DNA of 63,745 bases, the filler included, from Octopus bimaculoides (lineage: Eukaryota): assembly GCF_001194135.2 (NCBI RefSeq). It is 6 parts of 6 records of this genome, joined end to end, with 100 filler letters (N's around TTAATTAATTAA, not from the genome) between each part and the next. Parts side by side here need not be neighbours in the genome. Positions count along the whole stretch, not along the records: positions 46,560 to 55,553 come from NC_068982.1; positions 55,654 to 59,006 come from NC_068991.1; positions 59,107 to 63,745 come from NC_068989.1; 3 more parts are not named here. One strand, 5' to 3'. The notes beneath the pieces are model-generated. The model searched no databases and was not told the DNA's origin. It worked only from the letters and a program-made list of their open reading frames with translations. This document shows, one piece after another, positions 49,191-61,815 of this stretch. A program made the position numbers and the translations under genes. Each line of letters starts with the position of its first letter. Within the stretch, counting starts at the first letter, position 1.

Positions 49191-51539
49191 TATCTAAGAT
49201 ATTGCGTGGACATGTATAGAGAGATTTGTGAAAGTATTGTGTAACTGGTTTTGTAATTGTGTGTGTAATTAATGTCTAGTTCGTGCTAAACTAAGTTAGT
49301 TGGATGTAACTGATTTCAGGCAATGTTTTGGAAAAGAAGAAACATTTTAAAAATATGTTTTGCTTAACAACTGTGTTTTAAAATAATTTTAAACTTTATT
49401 CCTGAGAATGCTATAAAGGACGTGTAAAATGAGTGTAACATCATCTAATGCTGAGTGATTAAAATGAATGGATGGAATGATACAAAAGGAATAAGATAAT
49501 CTGTAGATTTGCATGGTATTAATTCTTTATTGATTCTAGCGATTAGACTGAGGACGTAGAATTCACTGCTTAGAATTTATATCATTGTTTCATATTTAAA
49601 ATAATATTACGTATTATGAAATGTATCATTTGTTGATAACTTTAAACACTTTTCTTAAGAATATTTTACATGATTAGAGTTAAACATAAAGAAAAGAGAA
49701 GAGAAAAGTGATAACACATTATTTGCCATAGTAATAAGTGACTTCATAACCGTTATTCGTTAGGTAAACAGAAAGTCCAATAATAATTCCAAGAGCAATA
49801 ATACCAACGACAATTGATACAATAATGTTTATTTTTGCTTTTTCGTTAGCTTTTAGTGCACCTTCTCTATCTCCTTGTTGGGCCAATCTGTTTGCCTAGA
49901 AGATAAAATAAAAGTTAATTTATATTTGAAATATGTTAACAAAACTCAATACCTACAAATATATTGTCGTATATTTTCAACTGATATAAGTTACATGATG
50001 TAAAAGTTAAACATGAAATTTCACCCTAAACTTTAGAATCATAGAAAATAATTTATCAGGATGTTTCTATGGAAATTACCTGCCAGTGTTCATGCTAGCT
50101 TGAGATCAGTAATAATACTTTTCTTTATTTCAAGACTCAGTACAATACAAACCAACCATCGTGCTCTAATTCAGTATTAGTTATTAGGAGGCTGTGATGA
50201 CTAAAAAGGAGGACGACAAATTGCCATGTTAAATGAAAAAAAAATGGTTTCTAAATGTTTAAAGTAGTCAAAACGTCATAGTGAAGCATGACAAAACAGA
50301 ATACAGAATACAGAATAGAATTTTCATCACACAGCATTTGTCAGTTTAAGAATCATTGCTTTTATATTTAAGAACCATTGCCATTATATTTTATCAAAAT
50401 TGAAAATTGTCTTGTTATATCAGCCAATTGATATACTGTGAGAACGATTACTGTGTTAGAGCGATTACATGTGAACTGTATTGATAGAAAGTTATGGATG
50501 TGGCAGAAATATGAAAGAAGTTTAAATACGACTTCTGGTTGATTTACTTGAATTGGGCATTGTTACGCAAGATGGGGCCAGAATATATTACAGGTAACCC
50601 CAAAATACAGAACCCTTTTCATGTGATCTTATTTAAAGTGTTTTGTTTCGCTTATCCTCTACAATCTTTATCGATTAAATATTTATTGAGTCTACGGAGG
50701 AGTTCCAACCAGTTTATGATACAGCTACCTGTTAGAAATGGTAGCCAAATTCCTGAAACCAGAACCTAATACCTTAGAAATGATAGGGTACTTTGGATAA
50801 TGTAATCTTAATACAACCAGAGAAAATAGCGACATCATTGATCATACATAATTTAGATAAAAAATGTTGAGCCTAACTTAAACAAAATATGCTTTAAAAT
50901 AGCTACTTCCGGTAAAAATTTAACTGTTTGGCACTACATAATTATTCCACAATGCAATATATATATACATACATAAATACATACATACGTACATACATAC
51001 ATACATACATACATNNNNNNNNNNNNNNNNNNNNNNNNNNNNNNNNNNNNNNNNNNNNNNNNNNNNNNNNNNNNNNNNNNNNNNNNNNNNNNNNNNNNNN
51101 NNNNNNNNNNNNNNNNNNNNNNNNNNNNNNNNNNNNNNNNNNNNNNNNNNNNNNNNNNNNNNNNNNNNNNNNNNNNNNNNNNNNNNNNNNNNNNNNNNNN
51201 NNNNNNNNNNNNNNNNNNNNNNNNNNNNNNNNNNNNNNNNNNNNNNNNNNNNNNNNNNNNNNNNNNNNNNNNNNNNNNNNNNNNNNNNNNNNNNNNNNNN
51301 NNNNNNNNNNNNNNNNNNNNNNNNNNNNNNNNNNNNNNNNNNNNNNNNNNNNNNNNNNNNNNNNNNNNNNNNNNNNNNNNNNNNNNNNNNNNNNNNNNNN
51401 NNNNNNNNNNNNNNNNNNNNNNNNTATATATATATATATATATGTATGTATGCATATATGTATATATGTGTGTGTATTTATATGTATGTACGGATGTATG
51501 CATGTATGTATGTGTGAGTGTGTGTGTATGTGTGTGTAC

Positions 51540-52990
51540 GGACGATGTTTGACTTGTTCGTCTGTTGACCTGGGGTCTAGCGAGAGGTTATCAGCGATGG
51601 TAGAAGTCGAGGTAGGTGAATTCATGTACTATTTCCGGCTTGATGTTTTGATGGTGATGGTGGGGAGGGGGTGCTCGACATCTTTGCCCAGTACTTTGAT
51701 TTCCTTCAAACTGATAGTTAGGCTCAATTCCTGACAGGCTTTTGAGAGTTAGTCCATGAGGTACTGAATTTTCTCCCCAGAATGCGCTGTCAGTGCTGCG
51801 TCGTCTGTGAGCAGCATCTCTCTGATGAGTACCTGGCGCACGCTGGATTATACTTCCAGCCTCGACAGACTAAAAAGTTTACCGTCTGATCTGGCGTGAA
51901 GGTAAACATCATCAGTTGATGTCCCAAATGCATGTTTCAGCATGACTGCAAAGAAGCCAAACAGTGTGGGGGCACGCACGCACGCATCCCTGCTTCACGC
52001 AGCTACGAATGTTGAATGCCTCCGAAGAAGAGCCATGAAATTGAACGACGTATTTCATATCCGAGTGAAATGATTGGACAAACTTGAGGAGTCCTGGAGT
52101 ACAGCTAAGACTAGATTTTGAACAGGCCATCTCTACTGACTAGATCAAAACCTTTTGTGAATTCGATGAAGGCGATGAAGAAAAGTTGCCTTTCCTCTCA
52201 GCACTTCTGTAGCAGTCGATGGTAGAGCATTCTGATCTCAAATCGCACTGAGATTCTGAGTATATTCTGTCAGTGATTTTCCCTAATTGTTTAAGTAGTC
52301 GCGCGCAAAGACGTTCCCGACGATGCTTAACAACGTGTTTGCCTTGGTATTTTTGCAGTCGATTTTGTCGCCTTATATATGGTGACAATGTTGCTGTTCT
52401 GTCGTGTCATGCGGGAGTAGTGATCAGCTCCCACTTTGGCGTTGCAGTCACCAAGTAGCACCAGCTTTTCTCCATTTGGGATCGCCTGCATTTTTCTTCA
52501 GAGCTGATCTTATCCTTGGTGTCTTGTGTTGAATAGAGGTTTGGTGTATAAGTACTGATAGCGTTGACAGGCTCATCAGAAGTTTTCAATCGGAGCGAGA
52601 GTATCCGCTGTAAAACGCCGCTGCTGAGTTCTATCAACTTCAGCAGAGAGTTCCTCGCGGCAAACCGACACCATGCTCTCTAACTTCATCTCTGTCTTTC
52701 TCTTGTCACAAAAAGTATACTCTCTTTTACAAATCTGAATCTAGGAGCCTCGTTTCCTGGAGTGCTGCACTGTTCCGTTGGAGTCGTAGCAGTTGGTTGT
52801 TGATCATTGCTGTCTGACGTGTGTCGTCGATCATTTGAATGTCCTCTGGCAAACCAGTTGTCATGATACTTATATCCCAACACCCGAGTCTCTATGCTGT
52901 TTTTATGCGTTGTTTCTTTGCTTGCCTGTTCGTTTTCTTGGTGCAATGTTTGCAGCCCACATTTGTTAGGCTCATAAAGTGAGTATGGGA
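51540..52990 (-). mobile_element. RTE-clade LINE remnant (APE plus RT), internally deleted and frameshifted
   Basis: Minus strand: APE (RILSLRLKTSDEPVNAISTYTP), RT (RIYSESQCDLR, FHSDM...VKQGCV, TDDAALTAHS, LSLTISLKEIKVL). Confidence 0.85.
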
Positions 52991-53161
52991 AAACAGAAAA
53001 CTGGTTACAATCATCAAGATTATTATCTATTAAGCGTGCGTTCTTAGTACGTTACTTTATGGCAGTGCGACATGGAGCCACTACTCCAGAAACGGGCCGC
53101 GTCTAAACATCTTCTACCTTCGTAATTTGAGACGAATTTTGGATATTTGTCAGCAGAGTGG

Positions 53162-53266
53162 TATATTTATCGAAGTGTACAGTGTTACCTATCACTCCGT
53201 TAAACCCCAGTGCGAAACTGATCGGTAAGATCGGCCGTAATGGATATAATACTGTAGACTTCGATT

Positions 53267-53272
<6 letters not shown>
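53162..53272. mobile_element. Miniature inverted-repeat element (26-bp arms)
   Basis: tatatttatcgaagtgtacagtgtta versus the reverse complement of 53247-53272: 23/26 match; 59-bp spacer. Confidence 0.55.
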
Positions 53273-53301
<29 letters not shown>

Positions 53302-53329
53302 NNNNNNNNNNNNNNNNNNNNNNNNNNNN

Positions 53330-53361
<32 letters not shown>

Positions 53362-53859
53362 AATGAGTAACAAAAAGTTACAAGTGTCAATGCCTTATTC
53401 GAGAGAATCTATAGCAGTCAGTCTGTGACCACAAAATACGTACAGTACGCTTGAATTCCCAAATCTTGGCATGATACTTTAATACCAAATATACTCAATA
53501 ATTTGCTTTATACAATATAATATTAATAAATTAGGTAACTTATGAAACACATGACTTTTACTAGTCATTTACATTATCCTTTGTACCAAAATTTGAATAT
53601 TTATGGGTAAAATATACGGATATGAATATAATTTCTTTCAAGGAATGTTCATATTATACTTACCTTGCTGCTGTATAAAATAGCCACGGCGCCTGGTATT
53701 ATAGCGCAGCATAAGAGGGAAAAGATAGCTAAAGGCATCAAATTAGAAATGATAACTGGAGGAGCCCTTTGCTGTACCTGAAAACAAAATAAACCAGAAA
53801 AATAGCATTATCATAAAGGTTGGTGGTAATGATGACAACGATGATAAGATAACGATAAC

Positions 53860-53929
<70 letters not shown>

Positions 53930-53930
53930 C

Positions 53931-53975
<45 letters not shown>

Positions 53976-53979
<4 letters not shown>

Positions 53980-55495
53980 GACATTACTGCAGCACCAACA
54001 GCAGAAGAACTGGAAGAATTCTGGAAACAAATATGGTCGGTGGAGCAACAACCCCAGAAAAGGACCATTAAAACAACGAACTTAGCACCTGAGCAACTCT
54101 GGACTCCTCTAACAACTGAGGAGGTCACCCAGGCACTGCAAAGACTAAGCAACTGGAAGGCACCTGGGCACAACAAGATCCCCAACTTCTGGTTAAAATA
54201 CCTGACAGGAATGCACAAAAAGCTGGCTGAAAACTTTAACAACATACTAGCAGAGCCAGAGACAATGCCTGAATGGCTCACGAAAGGGAAAACCATCTTA
54301 ATTCCCAAATCCACGGAAACGGAGAAACCACAAAACTANNNNNNNNNNNNNNNNNNNNNNNNNNNNNNNNNNNNNNNNNNNNNNNNNNNNNNNNNNNNNN
54401 NNNNNNNNNNNNNNNNNNNNNNNNNNNNNNNNTTGATCAATAATGCCATAACTGAAGACAGCCGCAGAAAGAAGAAAGGCCTCAGTATGGCCTGGATCGA
54501 CTACCGAAAGGCTTTCGACAGTGTTCCCCACACGTGGATTCTCAAAACACTAGCCATAAACAAGGTGGCACCAATTATTATAAAATTCATAAGGCACTCT
54601 ATGAATAAATGGCAGACAGTGCTACAGCTCCAAACAAAAGAGGGACTTGTGAAAATGAAAGCCATCGCCATTAGAAGAGGAATATTCCAGGGAGACACGG
54701 TCTCTCCACTCCTGTTCTGCCTGATACTCACACCTTTAACTGAATTGCTAAATAGAACTGGATGTGGATACAAATGTTACGGCAAAACAGTCAGCCACCT
54801 TCTATATATGGATGGCCTAAAATTATGCGCTAGAAATGATAAAGAGCTGGAAACACTACTACAGACAATAAATGGATTTACCAAGGAAATAGATTTGAAA
54901 TTTGGATTAGAAAAATGTGCCAAAGCAACCCTGAAAAGAGGAAAATTAGTTAAGAGTAGCAACATCACACTAGATAAAGCCAATGAAATAAGAGAATTAG
55001 ACGAAAGCCAGCCATACAAATATTTAGGAATCAATGAACTAGATAAGATACAACACACACAAATTAAAGAAAAAATAAAGAAAGGGTACTATAGACGAGT
55101 TAAATCAATACTAAAAACAGAGCTCAATTCTAAAAACAAGTTAATACGTATTAACACTTTAGCTGTCCCAGTTATGTTACAACTACAACATCCTTAATTG
55201 GACACTAAACGAACTATCTAAAATAGACAGGAAAAATAATGACAGGATCTAGGATGCATCAACCAAAATCTGACATAGAAAGGCTATATATACAACGTAC
55301 AGAAGGTGGTAGGGGTCTTATACAGCTGGAAAACTACTATAAAATAAGCACCATAGGACTGTAACAATACCTACTTCAGAAGCAAGGAAAACTAATACAA
55401 ATAGCCACAAAACACGAGCAAAACAAAAAACTGTTTTCAGTATTTAAGGAAGCTGACAAATACAAACAAGAAATCATACTACCTAACAAATACGA
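53976..55495 (+). mobile_element. R4/Dong-like non-LTR retrotransposon, RT region, 5'-truncated
   Basis: EEFWKQIWS, NWKAPGHNKIPNFWLK, AWIDYRKAFDSVPH, GIFQGDTVSPLLF, HLLYMDGLKL (YMDD mutated), KFGLEKC, YKYLG; after a frameshift RLYIQRTEGGRGL. Starts directly after (AAT)n 53860-53976 and runs into (GAA)n. Confidence 0.9.
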
Positions 55496-55653
55496 AGAAG
55501 AAGAAGAAGAAGAAGAAGAAGAAGAAGAAGAAGAAGAAGAAGAAGAAGAAGAANNNNNNNNNNNNNNNNNNNNNNNNNNNNNNNNNNNNNNNNNNNNTTA
55601 ATTAATTAANNNNNNNNNNNNNNNNNNNNNNNNNNNNNNNNNNNNNNNNNNNN

Positions 55654-56022
55654 GGGCACCCATTTTGCCTTGATCCCAAAGTCGCTAACTACTAATCTAT
55701 GTTGTGGGGTACATTCTTCGCCAGGGTAGGTTTTGGCATTTATAAGCTGCCCTCTTTCCCTATTTCTGGCGAGGATGTAGTCGATTTGGCTAGAGTGTCT
55801 GCCGGAGCGGTAGGTGACTAGGTGACTGGCAGGTTTCCTGAAGTTGGTATTGCAGACCATAAGATCGGTTGCATCACAGAACTCCAGCAGTCTGGTTCCC
55901 GCCTCGTTGCGGGAACCGAAGCCATAGCCTCCATGTATGCCATGGAAGCCTCCAGCATGACATCCGACATGACCGTTGAAGTCTCCAGCCACAAAGAGAA
56001 GGTCCCTGTCACTCGTCGACGA
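55654..56022 (-). mobile_element. RTE-clade LINE AP-endonuclease fragment, open frame
   Basis: VAGDFNGHVG...HGGYGFGSRNEAGTRLLEFC...NTNFRK...VTYRSG...SQIDYIL...QHRLVVSD. Confidence 0.9.
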
Positions 56023-56074
56023 GGTAGTTTATATATATATATACATATATATATATACATATATATTTATTTAT

Positions 56075-56465
56075 AGGTGCAGGCATGGCAGTGTGATAAG
56101 AAGTTTACTTCTGAACTACATGGTTCTGGGTTCATTCCCACTGCATGGCACCTTGGGCAAGTGTCTTCTACTATAGACTTGGGCTGATCAAAGCCTTGTG
56201 AGTGGATTTGGTAGAGAGAAACTGAAAGAAGCCAGTCGTATGTGTGTGTGTGTGTGTGTTTGTTCCCCACACCACTTAACAACTAGGGCTGGTATGTTTA
56301 CACCACTGTAACTTAACAGTTTGACAAAAGAAACCAATAGAATATGTACCAGGCTTTGCAAAAAAATAAAAAACATAGGGATCAATTACTTCGACTAAAA
56401 TTCTTCAAGGCAGTATACCAGCATGGCCACAGTCTAATGACTGAAACTAGCAAAAGATAAAAGAC
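56075..56465 (+). mobile_element. Group V SINE
   Basis: Head ggttctgggttcattcccactg, caccttgggcaagtgtcttctactatag, tail ccagcatggccacagtctaatgactgaaac. Confidence 0.85.
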
Positions 56466-56499
56466 ATATATATATACATATACATATATATACATATAC

Positions 56500-56544
<45 letters not shown>

Positions 56545-56929
56545 CATTTTTTTAAAATTTATATTTATATATATACATTTATGTATATACACACACACAT
56601 ATTTACATGTGTGTGTGTGTGTGTATACATATTATCTAAAGTGTACAATATTATCCATTACAGCCTATCTTACCAATTGGTTTCGCACTAGGGATTCAAC
56701 AAAGTGTTAGATAACAATCCAATTATGTAACCCTACACTCATCAGAAGTAACTGGACTGTCACCTAACACTCTGTTGAATCTCTAGCACAAGACCAACTG
56801 GTAAGATTGGCTATAATGGATATTACAAAACAGTACATTTCAGATAATATACCCACATTATTGACAGATATATGAGTACATTTTTTCACCTGACTGATGG
56901 ACTCTTAGATGATTTACACACACGCATAT

Positions 56930-56953
56930 ATAGATAGATAGATATATATATAT

Positions 56954-56987
<34 letters not shown>

Positions 56988-57090
56988 GGATGGATGGATG
57001 GATGGATGGTTGGATGGATAGATAGATAGATATGTAGATAGGTAGGTAGGTAGGTAGGTAGGTAGGTAGGTAGATAGGTATGTAGGTAGG

Positions 57091-57147
<57 letters not shown>
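56930..57147. repeat. Compound (TAGA)n/(TGGA)n/(TAGG)n microsatellite
   Basis: Direct inspection. Confidence 0.95.
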
Positions 57148-57488
57148 TTCTTTTATTAGCCACACAGGGGTCAACATAGATGGGACAAATACAATGTAGA
57201 GTTTTTTTCTTTTCGATGGGGACGAAAATAAAGTAAAAAAATTAAAATGGGGATAACGATGAAAAGGCATCGAGAAAATGTTTGGGGTATGTACAAAAAA
57301 AAATGAAAATATTGCAAAAATTCCCAATAAATGGGGAGGTTATCCGTGGAAAGAAAAACCTACGGAAAAGACCACGGTAACCTCGGTCCTTAATGTTACA
57401 ATTTGTAAAATAAAATTACTTTTATTTATGAAAGAAACGTAAGTAACTCTCTGTTTACATAGATAGATTATATATATAATTATATATA

Positions 57489-58186
57489 CAATAATCACTC
57501 GCCATATCGCGGTTCACCTATCACACCCTCAATACATCGCAGACTTATCAGTATATCATGGATTTCTGCAGCTGATAGTTATTTATATTTTTTTAGATTT
57601 TAATATTTTTGTGGTAAAATAATCATTTTCAGGGCTAAAAATAAATAAAATTAATATGTAGAAATACAATACCATACTGAACTATATAACAGATTAATTA
57701 AAATATATTAAAAGAAAATATTTAGTGTACCACAGATGAGTAAACAAGGAATCACACATATTGTATGAAAAATGAAACTCAGGAGGTGAGTGTATGGTGT
57801 TGTTTTGCATTTATAATAAAATGAATATATACAAATTATAAGAATAAAAAAATATACAGTGCAGTATTGTTTCTTATTTCTTTATTGCCCACAAGGGGCT
57901 AAGCATAGAAGGGACAAACAAAGACAGACAAAGGGATAAAGTCGATTACATCGCCCTTAGTGCATAACATAACTGGTACTTAATTTATCGACCCCGAAAA
58001 GATGAAAGGCAAAGCCGACCTTGGCGGAATTTGAACTCAGAACGTAGCGGCAGATGAAATACTGCTAAGCATTTCGCCCGGAGTGCTAACATTTCTGCCA
58101 GTGCAGTATTGTTTCTACTTTGTGGATTTTCACCTATCGCAGTGGGATTTTGGAATGTAACACCTGCAATAGTTGAGGAATTACTG
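57489..58186. mobile_element. Tigger/pogo-like MITE with TA target sites
   Basis: TA|CAATAATCACTCGCCATATCGCGG at the left end; right end reverse complement TA|CAGTAATTCCTCAACTATTGCAGG. Confidence 0.7.
57875..58098 (-). mobile_element. Group B SINE inserted in the MITE, with TSD
   Basis: cagtgcagtattgtttct at 57857-57874 and 58099-58116. Confidence 0.9.
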
Positions 58187-58295
58187 TATATTAAATATAT
58201 AGGCACTGGCATGGTTGTGTGGATATACGCACAGATGTGGCTGTGTGCATATAAGCACAGGCAATGTTAGCTATCAGGATTTTAAACACTATAGT

Positions 58296-58430
58296 GGGTA
58301 GCAGGACTGTTTATGTATGTTGGGAAATTTCTCATTAGGGTTATGGTATGGTTTATAACTCTCACTCTTATAAACCATATCATAAGCCTAACAAGAAACT
58401 TTCCTACAAATGTAAATAATCCTGCCACCC
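58296..58430. other. Imperfect 63-bp-arm hairpin with 9-nt loop
   Basis: 58296-58358 pairs with 58368-58430; the inner stem atggtttataa/ttataaaccat is perfect. Confidence 0.75.
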
Positions 58431-58961
58431 CGCAATGAAGAGAGTGTAGACATACCAAGGTTTAGCTAAACATCGGTATGCCTTCACTCTCTTCATTGAT
58501 GCCAAAACGAGAGGATCAATTCACATACCACTTTGTGGTAAGTCCGAACTAAATTTGACATTTTTAATTCACCGAACAAAAACAGTTTTTTTTTCATGAT
58601 GTAATTGAATCAATATGAAATGTATCTGAAACAGCTGTAGTGAACCTTTACTCCATTTGTGTTCTTATTTTATGTAAACACCATTCCTGGAACCTTTCCT
58701 GTGTTGGATCTGGAACTTACATTGGATTGTGAAACTGCATACCCGTATGCATGAGTATATAATGTCATGTACATATATATCTTCATGTAATGTGTATATT
58801 TGTCTGTGCATGAACATGTATGTGTAAGTGCATGATTATGTCTATATATGCAGAGCATATGCAGATGTATTTGTATACGATATATACATGGATGTGCAGA
58901 TCTCAGCTGTTGCTTGGTGTTCTTAAGATCAAAATACCTGAATTCAAATGAATTCTACAAA

Positions 58962-59006
<45 letters not shown>

Positions 59007-59106
59007 NNNNNNNNNNNNNNNNNNNNNNNNNNNNNNNNNNNNNNNNNNNNTTAATTAATTAANNNNNNNNNNNNNNNNNNNNNNNNNNNNNNNNNNNNNN
59101 NNNNNN

Positions 59107-59148
<42 letters not shown>

Positions 59149-59165
59149 CATATACATGTATATAT

Positions 59166-59912
59166 GATTTTAGTCTCGTCAGAAAAAAGAATTTTATTTC
59201 AAGACTCCTTCTCCTTACTCACATAGATTTCGGCAAAAGAAACATGATTTGATTTATGCCTGGTAGTGAGGAGAGGCTTCCTACGACGAATGTGTCCATG
59301 AGGATCACACTGGTTCAAACTTCAGCAAACTTTTTGGGTGGATACACTCTTTCCACTAACAAAGGACACTTCTTGGGCCAAAGATGAAGCAGTACGACGC
59401 CTGTCATCTATCACACAACATTGGATGTGCTGAATACCACGTGCAGTTAAAAAAGAAGGATGACCTGGACAATGTTTATTTCTTAGCCGTCCAGTAGCTT
59501 TGTACTTCTGAATTACTTTGGCAACTGTGTTTACACTAATACATATTCATTTGCGAATTAACATGTATCCTAAACCATTCTTGGGCAAATTAGAAATTTT
59601 TTTTTTTTCAAATCTTCAGACAATTCTTTTCCTTTTGGTACCATTTTAATCACAATGAAGAAGATTTTCCCCACAGTACACAAATCAGAATTCCTGCAGA
59701 TGCAATACAAATGACCGGTGCAAAAATGTCACGAGAAATAATTTATTAGAATTGAAATTATCAGCAATAACTGAATTTAATTAAAAAAGTGAATAAAATA
59801 TTGAATATAGCAAATTTCCTTTGACTTCCTTCGATATTATCAGAGTAATGGCAATTTTACTGAAATTTTTTTGGGGGGCGTACATACTTTTGTGAGATAC
59901 TGAGATACTGTA
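59166..59912 (-). mobile_element. Tc1 transposon 5' half: TIR plus transposase pseudogene
   Basis: TA|CAGTATCT-CAGTATCTCACAAAAGTATGTACGCCCC; ATG at 59644: MVPKGKELSEDLKKK(fs)...TVAKVIQKYKATG...RRKPLLTTRHK...KILFSDETKI, truncated at the first catalytic D. Confidence 0.85.
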
Positions 59913-60164
59913 TATATACACACACACACACAGGTGGAAAAATAGTATTCAAATATCGAAGATAAAGTAATCTGTTTATATATATATATATATATATTAC
60001 TTTAAACTAACTAGAGCTAATGCAAATAAAACTTCTGAAAATCTTATTTACAAAATATATTACTATTCCTGTCTTCTGTATTTCTATGTAGTTCATATTT
60101 TCTCTACTTTTTGTTTAGAAAGCATGTTATCTAATAATAATGACAATAATAAAGAAAATTGTTT

Positions 60165-60725
60165 TCTATAGAAGTATAAAGCCTGGAATTAGTAGGAAGT
60201 AGTTGGGTGATACCATTGATCTCCTGTACTTGTCTGGTAGTTTATCAACCCTGAAAAGATGAAAAGCAAATCTGACCTTTGGATTCAGAATGTAAAGAAA
60301 ACACCCCACCAGAAAGCATTTTGTTTGGTACTCAAATGTTTCTGCCAATCCACCACCCTTAAAAATAATCATTTCTACTAGAGGCACGAGGCCTGAATTT
60401 ATTTTGGGGTGGGGGAGGGCCTAGTCAATTACAGTGACCTCAGTACATAACTGGTAGCTTATTTTATCAATCCTGAAAGGAAAAGTTGACCTTGGTGGAT
60501 TTGAACTCAGAGCTGGAAGAAATGCTGCAAAGCATTTTGTCCTATAATTATTTTTAACATAATCACAAAGCTACAAATTTTGGGACAGTGTTGGTTAGTT
60601 GATTAAACTGACCTCAGTACTTCACAGGTTCTTTATTCTATCCACCCTAGATGGATGAGAGGCAGAGTTAACCTCAGCAAGATTTGAACTGTTTTAGTCC
60701 ATCCTACTATTTTTGTCAATCCACA
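60165..60725 (-). mobile_element. Three consecutive diverged group B SINEs
   Basis: Repeated cctgaaa.gatgaaaag / tttgaact cores at about 60165-60360, 60370-60545 and 60565-60725. Confidence 0.7.
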
Positions 60726-61659
60726 GTTCATATAAAACATGAGAGTTACTCATAAAAGAACAATATCAAATTATGAAAATCTATTTTAACACAAAGTTTA
60801 CAACAATAATGTAACAAGAAGAAAATATTTGCTACATTACTGGTGATTATTTTTAGTATCTACTGCTGCTGCTATTACAACATAGCAACGTGACAGTACT
60901 TTTTCTTTTCCTTCAGTTTCCTCTCTCTCCACCTTTGTTTCAGAAACTGAGTCCTAACCTTGGCCTAATAACTTAATATCTCATTGACGTAACCTAAAAT
61001 TGTAGGCTTTTTTGAAAGTAAAACTTCGAAGTCAACAGAATAATGGTAAATTCTGGCATACTGAGAGACATCTTGCATTCATAGTGAAATAGAGTAGCTT
61101 TATCTGTTCTTGACTTTACCACATAGCTTTTACATGGAATTGTGTTACAGAGAGCTGACTGAAATTCAAGACTGCATGCAGTTGTTTCATCTGGCAACAA
61201 CTGTTGATACTGTCATTGTTTGATAATAATAACTGCTGATATTGTATTGTGTTGACATGACTGTTTAGCTGTGAAAAAAAACAAGCTTTTAATGATTGTT
61301 CCATTCACTACATTCAACTCTACATCCATCACTAACCTCTCACACTTCAATGAAATTATCCACTTACCCTTCCCAATTCTTTATCCATACTCTTTCTTAT
61401 ACTTACCTCATTGTATCTTACAAGTAAGTTTTGATACCTCAACACTACTCCATTGTTATTATCTTTCTGACTATTCCCACCCACCTTTATATAATTCAGG
61501 GTAGCTATGTATCTCCTCTATAGCAGGGTACCTGTGCCTAACCCTGTATTATGCTTTAGCCTCTTGATACCAAGCATAAAGACACCTCCCGCTTTACTTC
61601 AACTCCACACAGTTGAGGGATCTTTTTCTTGTCCTGTGGTGTTACTTGGTGATCTCACT

Positions 61660-61815
61660 TATGCTGGTGTCATGAAAAAAGCACCCAGTACACACTGTAA
61701 AGTGGTTGGCATTAGTAAGAGCCTACAGACATTGGAGTTTGATGCAGGCCTCCAACTCATTGAATTCTGTCAAACAGTCCAACCAATGCCAACATGGAAG
61801 ACAGACATTAAATGG
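61660..61815 (+). mobile_element. SINE/RTE-UTR-like remnant
   Basis: aaaaagcacccagtacacactgtaaagtggttggcattagtaagag resembles an RTE-associated SINE segment as I recall it; unverified. Confidence 0.35.

Noticed and set aside
58706-58735. Minus-strand 14-nt microexon-like string (gcag|...|gtaagt)
   Set aside because: Not frame-preserving and lacks a pyrimidine tract.
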